Below are positions 1-12,954 of a stretch of DNA of 64,000 bases, piece after piece. The notes beneath the pieces are model-generated. The model ran no database searches, was not told where the DNA came from, and was given only the letters and a program-made list of their open reading frames with translations. Position numbers and translations under genes: made by a program. The stretch is from Felis catus (Eukaryota), in NCBI RefSeq assembly GCF_018350175.1, contig NC_058368.1:52205815-52269814 (forward strand). The letters are read 5' to 3'. The number at the start of each line of letters is the position of its first letter. Positions within the stretch are counted from its first letter, which is position 1.

Positions 1-1065
1 TTCCATAAATATACCTATCATAAAACATAAATAACTCACCAAATTTACATAAATATTTACTTTTCTCTTAGACATAGTTCAATGGGACAACCGTAGATTA
101 GATGTGAAATGCTTTAAAAAAAAAAAAAACCTTAAAAGTAAAATGTAGTTCACTGTCCCTCAGGATCTCACATTTTAGGGCAGAATCCTCCAGAGTTATT
201 TGCTGTTATTAAAGTAGCATGTGAACTTTGGAAGAGGTGACATCTTTTAGCAAAGAACATTTCAATGTTGAGATCATGAACTCGAATGCAAACCAATTAA
301 AACATAATTAAATGTATTTGGCAAGGAAAAAAGGATTTTGGTAAGTAAACAAACAAAATGTTACTGAATCTCATTTTTTACAACTAGCAGACAATTTGAT
401 TATAGCTATTTGGTAATTTACAACAGGATTTTTCCTCATGATACATTTTGTATACAGTTATAGATAAACCAGAGGATTCTCTAAAGAGCTCCCTAAGAGG
501 TGGTGGACTCTACTATGAACAGTTTACAAAGTATAGTTTTGATCATTTCTATATAACAGTTTTGGTGATGGAAGTTTTATGTAATCAAATTTTTTACATG
601 ACTGAAACAATTGTTTAAAAATAGTAACTTGATGTTTGCATTCTACCTTTCCACAAATCATTTTTATTTGGAGGCCGTTAGGCCATTATGCCTAGGGAAG
701 CAGAGATAGTAGATACTTCCAGGGGAAGAAGATGCCAGAACAATGAGCAGTGACCAAGAAAACCAGTGACACCATCACAGCAGAGGCTCCTTGAGCAGCA
801 GGGGTTCTCCACTGCTGATCCACAAAGACCCTTCATTTTCCCTATGCTTGGATGAGGTTTTCAGAAGCTTATGAGACTATTGTTTTTTAGGTGGGAGAAG
901 ATTAGTGTGGAACAATAAAAGGCAAAGAACAAAAAAGGAAAATTCATTCTTAACACTTGTTTGGCTTAATTATTTTAAGGACATTTCATTTTAAATTGAT
1001 AAAAACCTCCATATTTGGGACCAAAAAGTTCCCAAGATAATTTCTATATGCTTTCTCCTTAAACA

Positions 1066-1296
1066 TTGTATGTATGTATGTATGTATGTAAGTATGTATG
1101 TATGCATGTATTTTAGAAACGGAAAGAGAGCACGAGTCAGGGGGAGAAGGAGAAGGACAGTGGGGGGGGGAGAGAGAGAGAATCTTAAGCAGGATCCATG
1201 CTCAGCATGGACCCCAATGCGGGGCTCGATCCCACAGCCCTGGGATCATGACCTGAGCTGAGTCAGTGGCTCACCTGACTGAGCCACCCAGGCACC
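1066..1296 (-). mobile_element. CanSINE (older SINEC); tail converted to (ATAC)n
   Basis: Reverse complement of GGTGCCTGGGTGGCTCAG head at ~1296, GA-rich tract, (TGTA)n tail at 1066-1090. Confidence 0.93.
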
Positions 1297-1339
1297 TGTT
1301 ATACACTGTATTTAAAACAAACAAACCAAAACCAAAAAA

Positions 1340-2220
1340 CAAGCCAGTATTTTTTCTCTTTGGAATTGAATTTAGGTCTTTTTTATGTTCCATGTTTCTC
1401 CTAAACATGCTTATGGTTTCCTCTATTCTCTGGAACATACAAACAATACTTGTAACAACTTGTGATAACTCATAATTGTCTACAAATTCTATCAACTATG
1501 CCAATCCTGGATCTTGTTCAATTAATGGATTTTTCTCCTCATTCTGGGACATACATGCCTGCTTCTTTGCTTGCCTATAATTTTTTATCAGATTTTTAAG
1601 TTACTTGGAAAGAGTTTTATCTTTCCAAGGATTGCGTTTAAGCTTTGTCTGGCAGGTTCAGAGACATATTAATTTAGGACTGATTTTTTTCCCCCATTGC
1701 TAAGGCAATATCTGAGTATTCTGTACTCCATAAATTATGAGGTTTTTCTACTCTGGCATGTGGAATCAAACTATTCCTAGTCTGTGTGGGTTCCAAAGAT
1801 GGTTTTGCCTATTTATTTTTAGTGGTTCTTTCCCACAGCAGGGGAAAATCTCTATAGGTCCCTGGAGCTCTCTCTCATTGTCTTTCTCTCATCTTTGGTA
1901 CTCAGCCCTGCAAACTCTAGTCTTCTTGGACTTCCTGGACTCCCCATTCCATCTCTACTCAGAAAGACCATAGGGCCCCATCTATATTTCCTTTTCCTGT
2001 ACTAAGTCCCAGGAATATCTCCAGATAATAATCTGGTACAATCATAGGCTCACTTCATTTGTATCTCCTCTTTGAAGAATCACTGTACCCTACTGCCTGT
2101 CATCCAATGTTTGAAAAGCTGTGATTTCTTTTTTTTCCCCCATTTTTTTCTAGTTGTTTAAAAAAGCAGAAGATTAAGTTGACTCCCTTGACTCCATCTT
2201 GGCTAGAAATGAAAGTGTAT
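1340..2220 (-). mobile_element. Ancient L1M (L1MC/MD/ME-like) 5'-end fragment
   Basis: Ends in ACTCCATCTTGGCTAGAAATGAAAGT, resembling the reverse complement of an L1M 5' terminus; T-rich antisense L1 texture. Confidence 0.6.
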
Positions 2221-2339
2221 CTTTTCTTAATATTTTAAAGTAATCAATTTTAACTGGCAAATGCTGAAAGTCATACAAAGCTATGTAAAATAGGATTGTT
2301 CATAATCTTCAGTAATTTTTAAATACTTACTGATAAGGT

Positions 2340-2440
2340 TTATTCATTTGATCAACAAACATTTATTAAATGTTTACTATATGCCTGATATTATGCCAGG
2401 AACTGGATATTACCAAGTTGAAAGATTAATTCTTGCCATA
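2340..2440 (-). mobile_element. L2 3'-end fragment
   Basis: TTCATTTGATCAACAAACATTTATTAAATGTTTACTATATGCC, typical antisense L2 terminus. Confidence 0.7.
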
Positions 2441-3344
2441 TGCACAGACGTAAGAAGTCCCTAGCATTTTACTTATTAGTTCTCAAAAGTACATTTCTGG
2501 TTTATTTTTATATACTTAGGGATTTCATCTTTTTGATTAGGGATCCATCTATGTGACACCACGCATGATAATTAATTTTTCTGGTTTCCAAAGCTGTTTT
2601 TGTCTTCAGTTATATTGGCCTTACCCATGCTGATGACATTTCTAATTTCCATACATTTTCATACATAATTACCGATTTTGGTTGACAGAAGTAAGGAAAT
2701 ACTTAAGAATTCACAGAAAAAATTACAAAAATGATTAAGACATGAGGGTAACTTGAGAATTAAACTATTTAAAATTAACTTAAAAAACATATAAAAAACA
2801 CATTCACTCTTGGCTCAATGTGTGTGTATCTTGGCTGAGAGTAGTTTGGACAGAAGGAAGGAATAGCGTCTGTGAAATAAAGTTTGGGCAGCAATCAAGT
2901 GTCTCAGCCATGGAGTGGGGTTTCCATCCAAACTAAGACCTCTAAACGCTCAGCTTTTCCAAATATTTTAAAATTAAAAAATAAAATTAGAATTAAAAAT
3001 AAAAGCTTTCTTCATTTTTTTCCATGGGACATATAAATCATATATGACATTTTTTTTAAAAGTCAGGGCTTAAAAGGGTATCTTTTTATAGATCTCAAAA
3101 AATCATCTCAAATCTAATACTCTGAAATAATCTACATTCATTTTTGATGACTATCGTGTTACAAATCTTTTAGCTAAATATAATTTCATATATAAAGAAT
3201 CATATTACACATCATTTAAAAGTGATGGTCAATTTTTGTTCTAAAGTCCCTCCTTCTGCCACCTCTCATTTTCTTATTTTTATTTATGTATTCTGATTGC
3301 TGTTGTGAAACCAGAAATTAGGTTAGGCCTACTGAAATCACATG

Positions 3345-3452
3345 GAGTGAGGGTGGGGAAGGCTTATTTCTCCAAAGGAAACTAAGGCTACCATCAGCAG
3401 AAGAAGGTTGATGGATACTTGGGCACTTAAAATCGGCAAATGCCCGAATACA
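3345..3452. mobile_element. MaLR LTR (MLT1J/K-like) fragment
   Basis: CCAAAGGAAACTAAGG...CAGAAGAAGG..GGATACTTGGGCA..AAATGCCCGAATACA resembles an MLT1 terminus. Confidence 0.5.
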
Positions 3453-3509
3453 AGAATTCTGGACATGGAGTAAGGAGATGTAGGCATAAACCATAATACA
3501 ACTTTTATT

Positions 3510-3630
3510 AACTTTGTGACCTTGAACGAGACAACTTAACTTTTCTAAGCTTCAGTTTCTTCATCTGTATTATGGACTTATGGAAGCTAAGTGGAAAATG
3601 TGTATAAAATGTAGAGTAAATATTCATTGA
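3510..3630 (+). mobile_element. MIR fragment
   Basis: TGTGACCTTGAAC..ACTTAACTTTTCTAAGCTTCAGTTTCTTCATCTGTA core. Confidence 0.8.
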
Positions 3631-3649
3631 TTGTTCACACCCACTTTCC

Positions 3650-4650
3650 TGCAGGCATTCATGCTTTCCAGAAATATTTCGAGTATTTATTACGTGCCAG
3701 ACACTCCGCTTGGTGTAGGAACGCAATGTGGAGCAAAATCAGATATACCCCGTTCTCAAGAAGCTTACAGATGTGGATAGGACAGGTATTAATGAAAGAA
3801 TCACAGGTGTAAATGCCAAATTACATAATAATGGGGAGTGAAAGAAGTCAGGACTGTCCTGAGATCTGAAGGAAGATTAGTGGTGGACGAGACAAGGATG
3901 TGGGACAATGTTCCAGGTTGAAAAGAAGCATTTAAGGCTCTCTGGTGGTAAGAGGTACCGTGGGTCTGGACAACTGCAGGGAGGCCAGCACTGCTGGGTT
4001 GCAGTGACAGTGGTTGTCCAGTAAGGCACCAGGTTAAAGACAGAGTTGCCTCGTTGGCTGCGATAAGAATTTTGTTCATTATCCCAAGAACAAGGGGGAA
4101 GTCATTAATGCATTTTAAACAAAGTAGTGAATAATAAGATTTGCAGTTTGAAAAGACCATTTTGACTACAGCATAGCAGACATGATGGTGAAAGGCTGGC
4201 TGACAAGTGGACGTGGCTGGAGCAGCTGGGAAGCCAGGTTAATGTCAGTGCACATTCATAGGAGCAGATCGGTGCAGGATACATTTGGAAAGTAAGAATG
4301 GAGGACTCTCCCTACAGCCTTGACATGGGAGATAGGGAGAGAGCACGGTTGCCAAAAATAATTCCAACATTTTTGCTCGTGTGATGGGGTGGAAGATTTT
4401 ACCTTTAGCTGCTTGTGGTTTGAAGATGCAGTGGAGTGGGTAGCCAGAGTGTTTGAATTGGATTCTGAACATACTGAGTTTTGGGTGCCTCGGAAGAATC
4501 CAAATGGTGTGGAGTAGGCAGGTGCATGTTTGAGTCTGGATCTCTGAAATGAGATCTGGGCTGAAGATAGAAAAGGATGGGGTGTCTCTCTGTGGGTAAT
4601 GACTTAAGCTGTAGCAGAGGAACAGATCTCCTCAAGAGAACAGAAAAAGA
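3650..4650 (-). mobile_element. L2 fragment (~1 kb)
   Basis: Antisense L2 3' end (GAGTATTTATTACGTGCCAGACAC) followed by typical purine-rich L2 body motifs. Confidence 0.8.
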
Positions 4651-4698
4651 AGTCACTTCTTACTACTCATATTTGCATAGATTAAAAATGGCGCGTAA

Positions 4699-4896
4699 GG
4701 GGTGCCTGGGTGGCTCAGTCAGTTAAGTGACTGACTCTTGATTTTGGCTCAGGTCATGATCCCAGGGTCATGGGATCAAGCCCCCTGTCAGCTCAGAGTC
4801 TGCTTCAGATTCTCTCTCTCCCTCTCTCTCTGTCTCTCCCCTGTTCATGCCCTCTCTCTTTCTATCTCTCAAAATAAATACATAAACTTAAAAAAA
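4699..4896 (+). mobile_element. CanSINE
   Basis: GGGGTGCCTGGGTGGCTCAG head, (CT)n tract, AATAAA/A-tail. Confidence 0.95.
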
Positions 4897-5559
4897 TATA
4901 GCACAAAAATGTCATGATAAAAGTCAGGTTGTAAGTACCCGTTAAGTAATAAAAGTACTTATAAGCACTATATATAAGTACTAGATATACACATAAGTAT
5001 TTCATGTATGTTTATATATTATATATCATCGCAATATATAAGTATGTACATATAATATTATATATAAGTGCTGTAATAACTATAAATATTATTTAAAATA
5101 GTTTTCTTACCCCACATTAATGATCATTGATTCACCTATTAAAGATTTAGCCTGTAGGCCATTTTTTTCATTATCTTCAACATAATGATGCCATTCTAGT
5201 TGTGTGAAAAAATGCCATATATGACATTTAAAAAACATCCTAAAGATCCTTTAGATAATGCCTTAATAATATCCTTTTTAAAATTAGTAATTTTGTGGAA
5301 GCTGTATTCTTCAAAGATTTATGCACAGAAACTTGGCCATAGATACATTTTAAGAAATGATTTATTAATGCCCTTTATTTGCATTATTCTGTGTTGGTGG
5401 TCTATAATAAATAGTTTCTGATGTGTTTTCCCTTTATGACAGGCCTGAGGGTAATATTAATATGAAAATTTATAATATCCTGTTTCCCTTCCCTGTACTA
5501 TCCTCTTGCATACTTTGCTTCATATTCGATCATTTCTTTAAACATACAAATTTGTGCAG

Positions 5560-5724
5560 GTTTACACTGCCTACAGAATCGACAAAGCATTGGCCTTACT
5601 CCTTACTTGGACTACTGTAATTTGCAAACGTTCCATTGCAAAAACAATGGTCTTTGATGGCTATGGAGAACATCCAGCAAAGTATTCTAGAACCTTTAGA
5701 TTAAATCAGAAGCAAAATAAGTAA
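5560..5724 (+). other. Candidate exon of unidentified gene (possible terminal coding exon)
   Basis: Pyrimidine-rich run ending TTTGTGCAG| at 5559; 54 open codons (VYTAYRIDKALALLL...QNK*); AATAAA at 6451; product not recognised. Confidence 0.25.
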
Positions 5725-6589
5725 AGCAGATCTTATAAAGGAGAACAACAAATATATAAATGATTGTATTTAATTTATGAGGACTTGCTCAGGTTTCTGA
5801 TAAGCTTTAGAGCAGGTCTGACAATGTACCTGGATAGGTGGTGGTGAGTTGGTTGATAAAATCACCCTCTCACAGTACACACAGGGCATGATGGCCATGT
5901 CTTTATTCTTGCACTCAAAGCCTTTTAGGATTGGGTGGAAGAAATGTGGGGAGAATATGGAAATCTACTGGATTCAGTTCTGTAGATTAAAAGGCATCGT
6001 GGGCTGCGTCTTCTGATGAATTCTAATGGATTATTTATAATGAGGAAAAATCACTTAAGAGCGTCCTCTGCAAACTTTTTTACCAAAAGGTAAATGTGTA
6101 GGAATATACAGAAGCTAAGTGCCCCATTGCGTCAATGAGGGTTTCTGAAGTCTCCTTGTTAACCTTAAAAATTCACATGAAAGTTTCTTTTTGTCTAGTA
6201 TATTGTGTTTTAACATAAACACTAAAATTCATTACTGATACAACTGCATAACTTTTACCTTCAAACTATTAAAGTTTAAATGGGTTTGTCAGGAGGATAT
6301 ATGCGTCTTGTAGTGTTGTCGTATTCTGGGGTGTGCACTACTGATGGAGTGGGAGACACCACGTAAGGACACCAGACACTGCTTTGGGATACATTATTCA
6401 TAGGGGCATTTAACCTCAGTTATAAAGTTGACATTGGCACGGCAAAATAGAATAAAACACGGCAATTAGCTATTTCATCTAGGCAGATAATTTGAGCAAC
6501 AGACTGACGTAGTGGTATTGAGTTTCATTTCTAGAAATTGAGGTTGTGCTTCCAGATTATGATCTAAAGTTTTCTTTGTGTTTTGTGGC

Positions 6590-6700
6590 ATGAATTCTTC
6601 AAGGGTAAGAGTTGCTAGTTATTTGGTGTATTAGCATCTAGCTCAGTACCTGGAGCATGAGAGAAGATCCGTAAATAAACGTTAAGTAAATGAAAGAAAT
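6590..6700 (+). mobile_element. L2 3'-end fragment
   Basis: AGCATCTAGCTCAGTACCTGG...TAAATAAACGTTAAGTAAATGAA. Confidence 0.6.
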
Positions 6701-6743
6701 AGGCTAAGTTAACACACTCCAGCTGTGGTGATACCTGACCTGC

Positions 6744-6982
6744 TTTTTATTTATTCATTTTATTTTTAATTTTTTTTTAAGTTTGTTTATTTTGAGAGAA
6801 AGAGAGACAATGAGTGGGGAAGGGTCAGAGGAAGAGGAAGAGAGAGAGAGAATCCCAAGCAGGGTCTGTGCCGTCAGCGCAGAGCCCGGCATGGGGCTTC
6901 ATCTCATAACCGACTGTGAGATCGTGACCCGGGCCAAAATCAAGAATTGGAGGCTTAAACCACTGAGCCACCTAGGCACTCC
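6744..6982 (-). mobile_element. CanSINE
   Basis: T-rich tail, GA tract, CTGAGCCACCTAGGCAC reverse head. Confidence 0.95.
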
Positions 6983-7223
6983 AAATTGAAGCCTGTATTT
7001 CAATCTTTGCTCATCTAAAAGAAGAATTAATTAGAACTTTAGCTGGATATTCTCCATCATCTAAATACCATTTGATTTTCTAATATCCAATAGCTGTATG
7101 CTATGTGGCTATATTAGCATGTTCCGAGAATCTATAAACTACATTTGAAATTTTAAACACTATTCCTTTTGCGACACTGTCTGAAAGGAGTCCATCTATG
7201 GGTAGCTAGTTAAAATGTGGGTA

Positions 7224-7408
7224 GGGGCGCCTGGGTGATTCAGTCGGTTAAGCTCCCTGCTCTTGATTTCAGCTTAGGGCATGATCTTGCAGTTTGTGCG
7301 TTCAAGCCCAGCATCTGACTCTCTGCTGACAGTGGGAAACCTACTTGGGATTCTCTCTCCTCTCTCTCTGCTCTCCCCTCCTCAAAATAAATAAATAAAC
7401 TTAAAAAA
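7224..7408 (+). mobile_element. CanSINE
   Basis: GGGGCGCCTGGGTG head, CT tract, (AAAT)n tail. Confidence 0.95.
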
Positions 7409-8229
7409 CAGATAGGACTATGATTTTCCAATTAAGCAAAATTCATTCCAAAATTTGTTTCCTATTTTTTCATGAATAGCACTATACATATAGACATTGC
7501 TTTATAGACTGTCTTCTGTTGCTTTATTCTCAGTTACTCTTTATATATTTTTATTTTATTCTTTTCTGTATATTATCTTTCAAAGTTGATGCCATTTTTA
7601 AAAGGCTGTCAACATTCAATGACTGGACTAGAAACATTTAATTATATCCTTGATGCGCTTGTCTAAAAAAAGATACGTTCTAACCTTAAATATAGTTTTA
7701 AATTAAGACAAAGGAAGCAAGGTTTGAAGTAAATATTTTATGAAGTTAATTTTAGTTCTGACAGCCTGTAGCTATTATCTAATTATAGAGAGTTTCCTAA
7801 AAGAGAAACTCATTAGTATGTGACATAATAAGGTGCATGCCTCACACTCAGTGTTCTTAGGACAGAAATCTTGAAAGTAAACACACCCACAGTGTTTCGA
7901 ATTCACAAGTGTCTTGCATTCACTGGGCTTGCAAGTTTTATTGCAAAATAGAGTTTCCTCCAAAGTAAAGGAATTACTCCATCAAAGCTCCATTTGAATA
8001 CAAACTTTAGAGTTGAAACAAATGAAGGATGTAGCTGAGGTTTTGTAGCTGAGGTTTGGTGAGGTTCTGAAAACATCTGTTATATGTTGATGGTAAGGAG
8101 GGCACATTTAAATCTTTATTATGTGTTTCAATAGAGGATGAATTCGTGAAGTAGCTGAAAGTGATGATAATAGTTAAGTCTCTCCTGATTTTATAGAAGA
8201 CATCAATCCGTGTTTAATAGCATGTCAGG

Positions 8230-9156
8230 ACCTTCCGCTTCCAGGAATATGGAATAGACATATTTTTCCTGTTCTTTCCACTAAGTACAACCAAAACCTT
8301 GGACATTATATATAAAACAAGTGTAAGAAGTCTTTGAAAGGTAGAAGAAAAAGACAGATCTGTGAGGGATCTCAGGACTCGTGAGTTTCTAGGTGAGCTT
8401 CCATGTGTTTCTGTGGTGAGTTTCCCGGATTTTCTCTTCCTCATATATTCAAGACTTGGAGCTAAGGAAGCTGACAATGCAGAGATGCCAAAGAACTCAG
8501 ACAAACAAAACAAAACAAAAAAAGCCTGCTTTTTCTAGCCAAGGACTGGGAAGGGAAGAACCTAACAAGACAGAAAATGTTTATACAATAATCACTTTAC
8601 TCCAGGGAAACAACACAGAATAAACTGTGACCCAACCTTTACCTCACCGGCAAAGGTCAGAGGGCCCCCAGACTTTGACCTTTGTCAGGCTGTGATGGTT
8701 GTCCCCAAAGCTCCATTCACTTTACGTTCACACAAAAGCCTGTACGCAAATGTTCATAGACTTTATATGTAATGGACCAAGCGGAATCAGCAGACTTGTC
8801 CTCCAACTGGCAAATGCTTAAACCCCCTTGGTACATTTATGCCGTGGGGTAGTACTCAGCAGTCAAACGGATGACCTGTCAGTACATGTGACAATCGGAG
8901 TGAATCTCCAGAGAATTATACTGAATGAAAATAAAGCCCAAAAGGTTGTATTCCACATGATTCCATGCAAAACATTCTTGAAATGACACAAATATAAAAA
9001 TGGAGAACAGGGGCTCCTGGGTGGCTCAGTCGGTTAGATATCCAATTACTGATCTTGGCTCAGGTCATGATCTCACAGTTTGTGAGATCGAGCCCTGCAT
9101 CAGGATTCTGTCTTGGGATTCTGTCGCTCCTTCTTTCTGTCCCTCTCCTGCTCATT

Positions 9157-9210
<54 letters not shown>

Positions 9211-9490
9211 ACAAGTAAATAAACTTAAAAACATGGAGAATAGACCAGTCATTTCCAGGGGCTAAGGAGGACACAGGGAAAGGATGAGGGGGAAGTGAGT
9301 GTAGGTGTAAAAGGGCCACACAAGGGATCTTGATGGAAATGTTCTGTATCAGTGTTAATATCTTGGTTGTGATATTGTACTACAGCTTTGTAAGTTATTA
9401 CTATAGGCAGAAACTGAATAAAGTAAGTGGACATGGAAACTCTCCGTGTTGTTTCTTACAACTGCATTTCAATCTATGATCACCTTAGAA
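8230..9490 (+). mobile_element. L1MD/L1MC-like element: 5' end (~8230-8700) abutting 3' end (~8715-9490), interrupted by a SINE
   Basis: CTTCCGCTTCCAGGAATATGGAATAGAC...ACTAAGTACAACCAAAACCTTGGACATT 5'-end motif; 3'UTR motif GATGGAAATGTTCTGTATC...TTTCTTACAACTGCAT. Confidence 0.75.
9010..9231 (+). mobile_element. CanSINE nested in L1
   Basis: Head, long (CT)n, degenerate TSD ATGGAGAA(C/T)AG on both sides. Confidence 0.95.
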
Positions 9491-9541
9491 TTCAACATTA
9501 AACTCACAAACTTTGTCAGGTAAAAAGTAAACCTCTCTCTT

Positions 9542-9755
9542 GGGGCACCTGGGTGGCTCAGTTGGTTAAGCGTCCGACTCTTTGATTTTGGCTCAGGTCA
9601 CCATCCCTCAGTTTATGGGATTGAGCCCTACCTTGGGGTTCGCACTGACAACACAGAGCCTACTTGAGATTCTCTCTCTCCCTCTCTCTGTGCCCCTCCC
9701 CTGCTATCTTTCTCTGTCTCTGTCTCTCAAAATAAATAAATAAATATTTTCAAAA
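9542..9755 (+). mobile_element. CanSINE
   Basis: GGGGCACCTGGGTGGCTCAG head, CT tract, tail; degenerate TSD AAAAAGTA(A/G)AC. Confidence 0.95.
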
Positions 9756-11029
9756 AGTAGACATTTCTCATGAGTGGGATCAGATACCAAATTTCCAGCA
9801 CAAACAGGAAAATTTCTTGCTTCCACTGATTCTTCAAGACGTTTCTCTCATGCACTACATAACCCCCTAACATCTGGTTTGGCTTTCCCAGCCTTTGAAA
9901 TGTATGCAGTATAGGCAGAGATGACTGATGGTCTTGAAGCCTAGAGACACCACATTGCCAAGATCTCTCAGGAAATTTTCTTTAGGATTACCGGATTTCG
10001 TTTGGTCAAACTTTTAAGGAACTTCACATCCCATTTCTTAGTTTTCATTCCCCACTGTTGTAACCGGTTTTCTTTTGGAAATAGTTTGAGGCAATCTATA
10101 AAGAGTACACACAGAGTCAGTACATTAAAATAAGGATAAAAACCAAGAGTTATGCAATGCAGGCGGGGAGAAACGGGAAAGAAGGTTTAAATTAAAATTC
10201 TAAGTCTTTTTTTTTTGTGTAAAATTGAAAAAAATATATATCTCAAGTTTTTAGTATCTTTAGCCAAAGGGGTACCGGTGATGAATTATATAACTTCTAT
10301 TATGAAATAAGAGAGAGACACATTTTATGTTAGGACTAAATTCTGAGTGCAATTTATTGTATGGCTTTTAACTGGCGATCTTAACAATAAAATTACTATT
10401 ACTTTTGCAAATTGGCTTTTATAAAAACTGCTTGTTGTAAACCATGTGGCTGGTTCAAAAAAACAAAGAAGCAAACATACAAACAAACAAAAACAAAAAG
10501 TCTTACAAATGATAAGGCCATAGCACTGAACTCTGGCTGAGGGGATTCTTCCCATGATGGACAGAGTGGAAGGTCTAGACTGAGTCACTGATCTGGGGCA
10601 CCTGGCTGCCGGGTCATCACCTGAGCTCATGTCTAACCATCATACTCTGACCTCTGCAGTCAGGCCTGTGTCCCCACTGCCTTCGGCCTGGGACAGCCAG
10701 TCGCGTTGTGCTCCTAGCACAGTGTTTCCTGTGAATATGGGCTTGTCATCATAGCTCACTTTTGCTTCTCTCTATCCTTCCCTCCCTCCCTGCTTTTCGA
10801 AACTGGGTCCCTCTGAAGTCATCATCGTCTGTCTACACAGATCCTTAGATATTCAGGTAACTTTCTCTTCCACAACTACTACTAATGTAATTCCAGAGCA
10901 CGGTACACAAGACCTGACTGTATATGTGGCTTATTATTTTTCCAAGTAGTTTTGATTTTATATTCTTAGGTTGCAAATGTCTGGAGAGAAGTATATACCC
11001 ACCTATCTACTGATCTACCTCTCTGCTGT

Positions 11030-11290
11030 AGGTGCAGGGTCTGGAATAAGTCCAGCCATATTCTTGGCTCTGCCATTTGCTGGTTATGCTATCTTGGAAA
11101 AAATTGTTTAATTGTTCTGGGTCTTTGTTGCCTCATCTGTGTGGATATAGGGATAGTTGCAACCATCTGTGTTGATATAGGGATAGTTGCAACAACCTCA
11201 AAGGTTTGTGAGAATTGAATTAATTTATACATGTTTAGCTCACAAAACAGTACCTAGCATATTGTGAACAGGAAGTGTTATCAGTTATCT
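11030..11290 (+). mobile_element. MIR with internal 30-bp tandem duplication
   Basis: TCTTGGCTCTGCCATTTGCTGG..CCTCATCTGT..GTGAGAATTGAAT..AACAGTACCTAGCAT. Confidence 0.8.
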
Positions 11291-11361
11291 GCTGTTTTCT
11301 GTATTACTCAGTATCATATGGGAGAATATTCAACCTTACACCATTTTTAAAAATATCTTAA

Positions 11362-11558
11362 GGGGGCGCCTGGGTGGCTCAGTCTGTTGAGCGTCCCACT
11401 CTTGCTTTCGGCTCAGGTCAGGATCTCACAGTTTGTAAGATCGAGCCCTGCGTTGAGCTCTGTGCTGAGAGTGCTATAAGCCGGCTTGGGATTCTCTCTC
11501 TTTCTCTCTGTCTGCCCCTCCCCGACTTGTGCATGCTCTCTCTCAAAATACATCAATA
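11362..11558 (+). mobile_element. CanSINE
   Basis: GGGGCGCCTGGGTGGCTCAG head, CT tract. Confidence 0.95.
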
Positions 11559-12442
11559 ATCGTTTCTGTCCTTGGTATATTTTTTTACAATGTGGTTACA
11601 GCCTGGCAAAGATCAAAGTCTGGGGGCCTTCTTGACTTTTGCCGGTGTGGTAAAGGTGGGGCCACGGTTTATTCTGAACAGTTTTGTGTGGTGACAGGCT
11701 GAGGAAGCCCTGCCATCTTCAACACAAGGCTTCCACATCTCAGGTCATCTCTATTCCAGTTGGCCAGAAGTATGGAGAAGTACCTGTGGTACGTTTTCAA
11801 TGAATTGGGGAATCGGGTCACCAAAACACCTGTCCTCCTTTTCTTTCTGGGTTTTCAGCTGGACCCTATTCCCCAACCTCTTTCAGGACTGAGTGTCGGC
11901 CAGTAGACTGTGAGAGGAACGGGTATGTGCCATTTCAGACCCGATTCATGTGTCAGCCTGTCACCCCACGAAATAGTTCATCCATTCAGTTAGTTGTATC
12001 AGGTTGCAAGAAATAAACTACGATTGAATAAGGTCTGTAATGCATTTCTCGGGTCTCTTTGTGGTAACTGTTCGTACAAGCCTGCTATTACAATGGACAG
12101 TTCTAACAACTGTGGGTGAGAGAAACAGCTTCACATAAGCCAATGTCAGAGTATCTGCCCATTTGTCTTCTACTTTGGGTCTCTCGTTCAAACTGCTTAT
12201 TCCTCTGTTCATGGCATGTCGACATGCATGGCGAGTCTCTACTCTTCAGTGATCTCAGGGGATTCCAGTCATATCTTAGTTTTAGCTCTCTTAACTATGA
12301 TTGTGTTTCTTTTGTTAATCTCAGAATTCTCCAAAGCAAGATTTGCATTTGCCGTATGCCCCCCTTTTAAGTAAGAGCATCCCAAACACTAAACACCAGC
12401 CTCAAAATTTGTTTAGCATTTTCTAATGACTTGAAACCAGAG

Positions 12443-12444
<2 letters not shown>

Positions 12445-12482
<38 letters not shown>
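12445..12482. repeat. (GT)n microsatellite
   Basis: Perfect GT run. Confidence 0.98.
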
Positions 12483-12487
<5 letters not shown>

Positions 12488-12731
12488 TGTGTATTGGTGT
12501 GTTTGTGACTTTCCTAAGTCAAGGCACAGGGCTGGCTGAATTCAGTAACATATGAATTTACTGGCTGAACAAAGCCCACTCCACCTTCCTATATTTGCCA
12601 GCACTGAAATAAAGTGTTCTCCTGGGTAACAGACGACCACAGGATGGAAAAAGTAGGGACAGGCATCCCCCACTTTTTCAGTTTGCGCTAGAGCACTTCG
12701 CTTTATGAAACCTACATTAACACCTATTTCT

Positions 12732-12954
12732 TTTTTTTTTTAATTTTTTTTCAACGTTTATTTATTTTTGGGACAGAGAGAGACAGAGCATGAACGGGGG
12801 AGGGGCAGAGAGAGAGGGAGACACAGAATCGGAAACAGGCTCCAGGCTCCGAGCCATCAGCCCAGAGCCTGACGCGGGGCTCGAACTCACGGAGCGCGAG
12901 GTCGTGACCTGGCTGAAGTCGGACGCTCAACCGACTGCGCCACCCAGGCGCCCC
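12732..12954 (-). mobile_element. Young felid SINEC_Fc
   Basis: CpG-rich intact copy; perfect TSD AACACCTATTTCT (12719-12731 and 12955-12967). Confidence 0.98.

Noticed and set aside
179..346. Possible exon near window start (GQNPPELFAVIKVACELWK; donor TTG|GTAAGT at 341)
   Set aside because: The open frame ends at a weak donor, and the strong donor is preceded by stops in all frames; not supportable.
6744..7408. Second inverted SINE pair as another possible inversion
   Set aside because: Flanks show no swapped TSDs.
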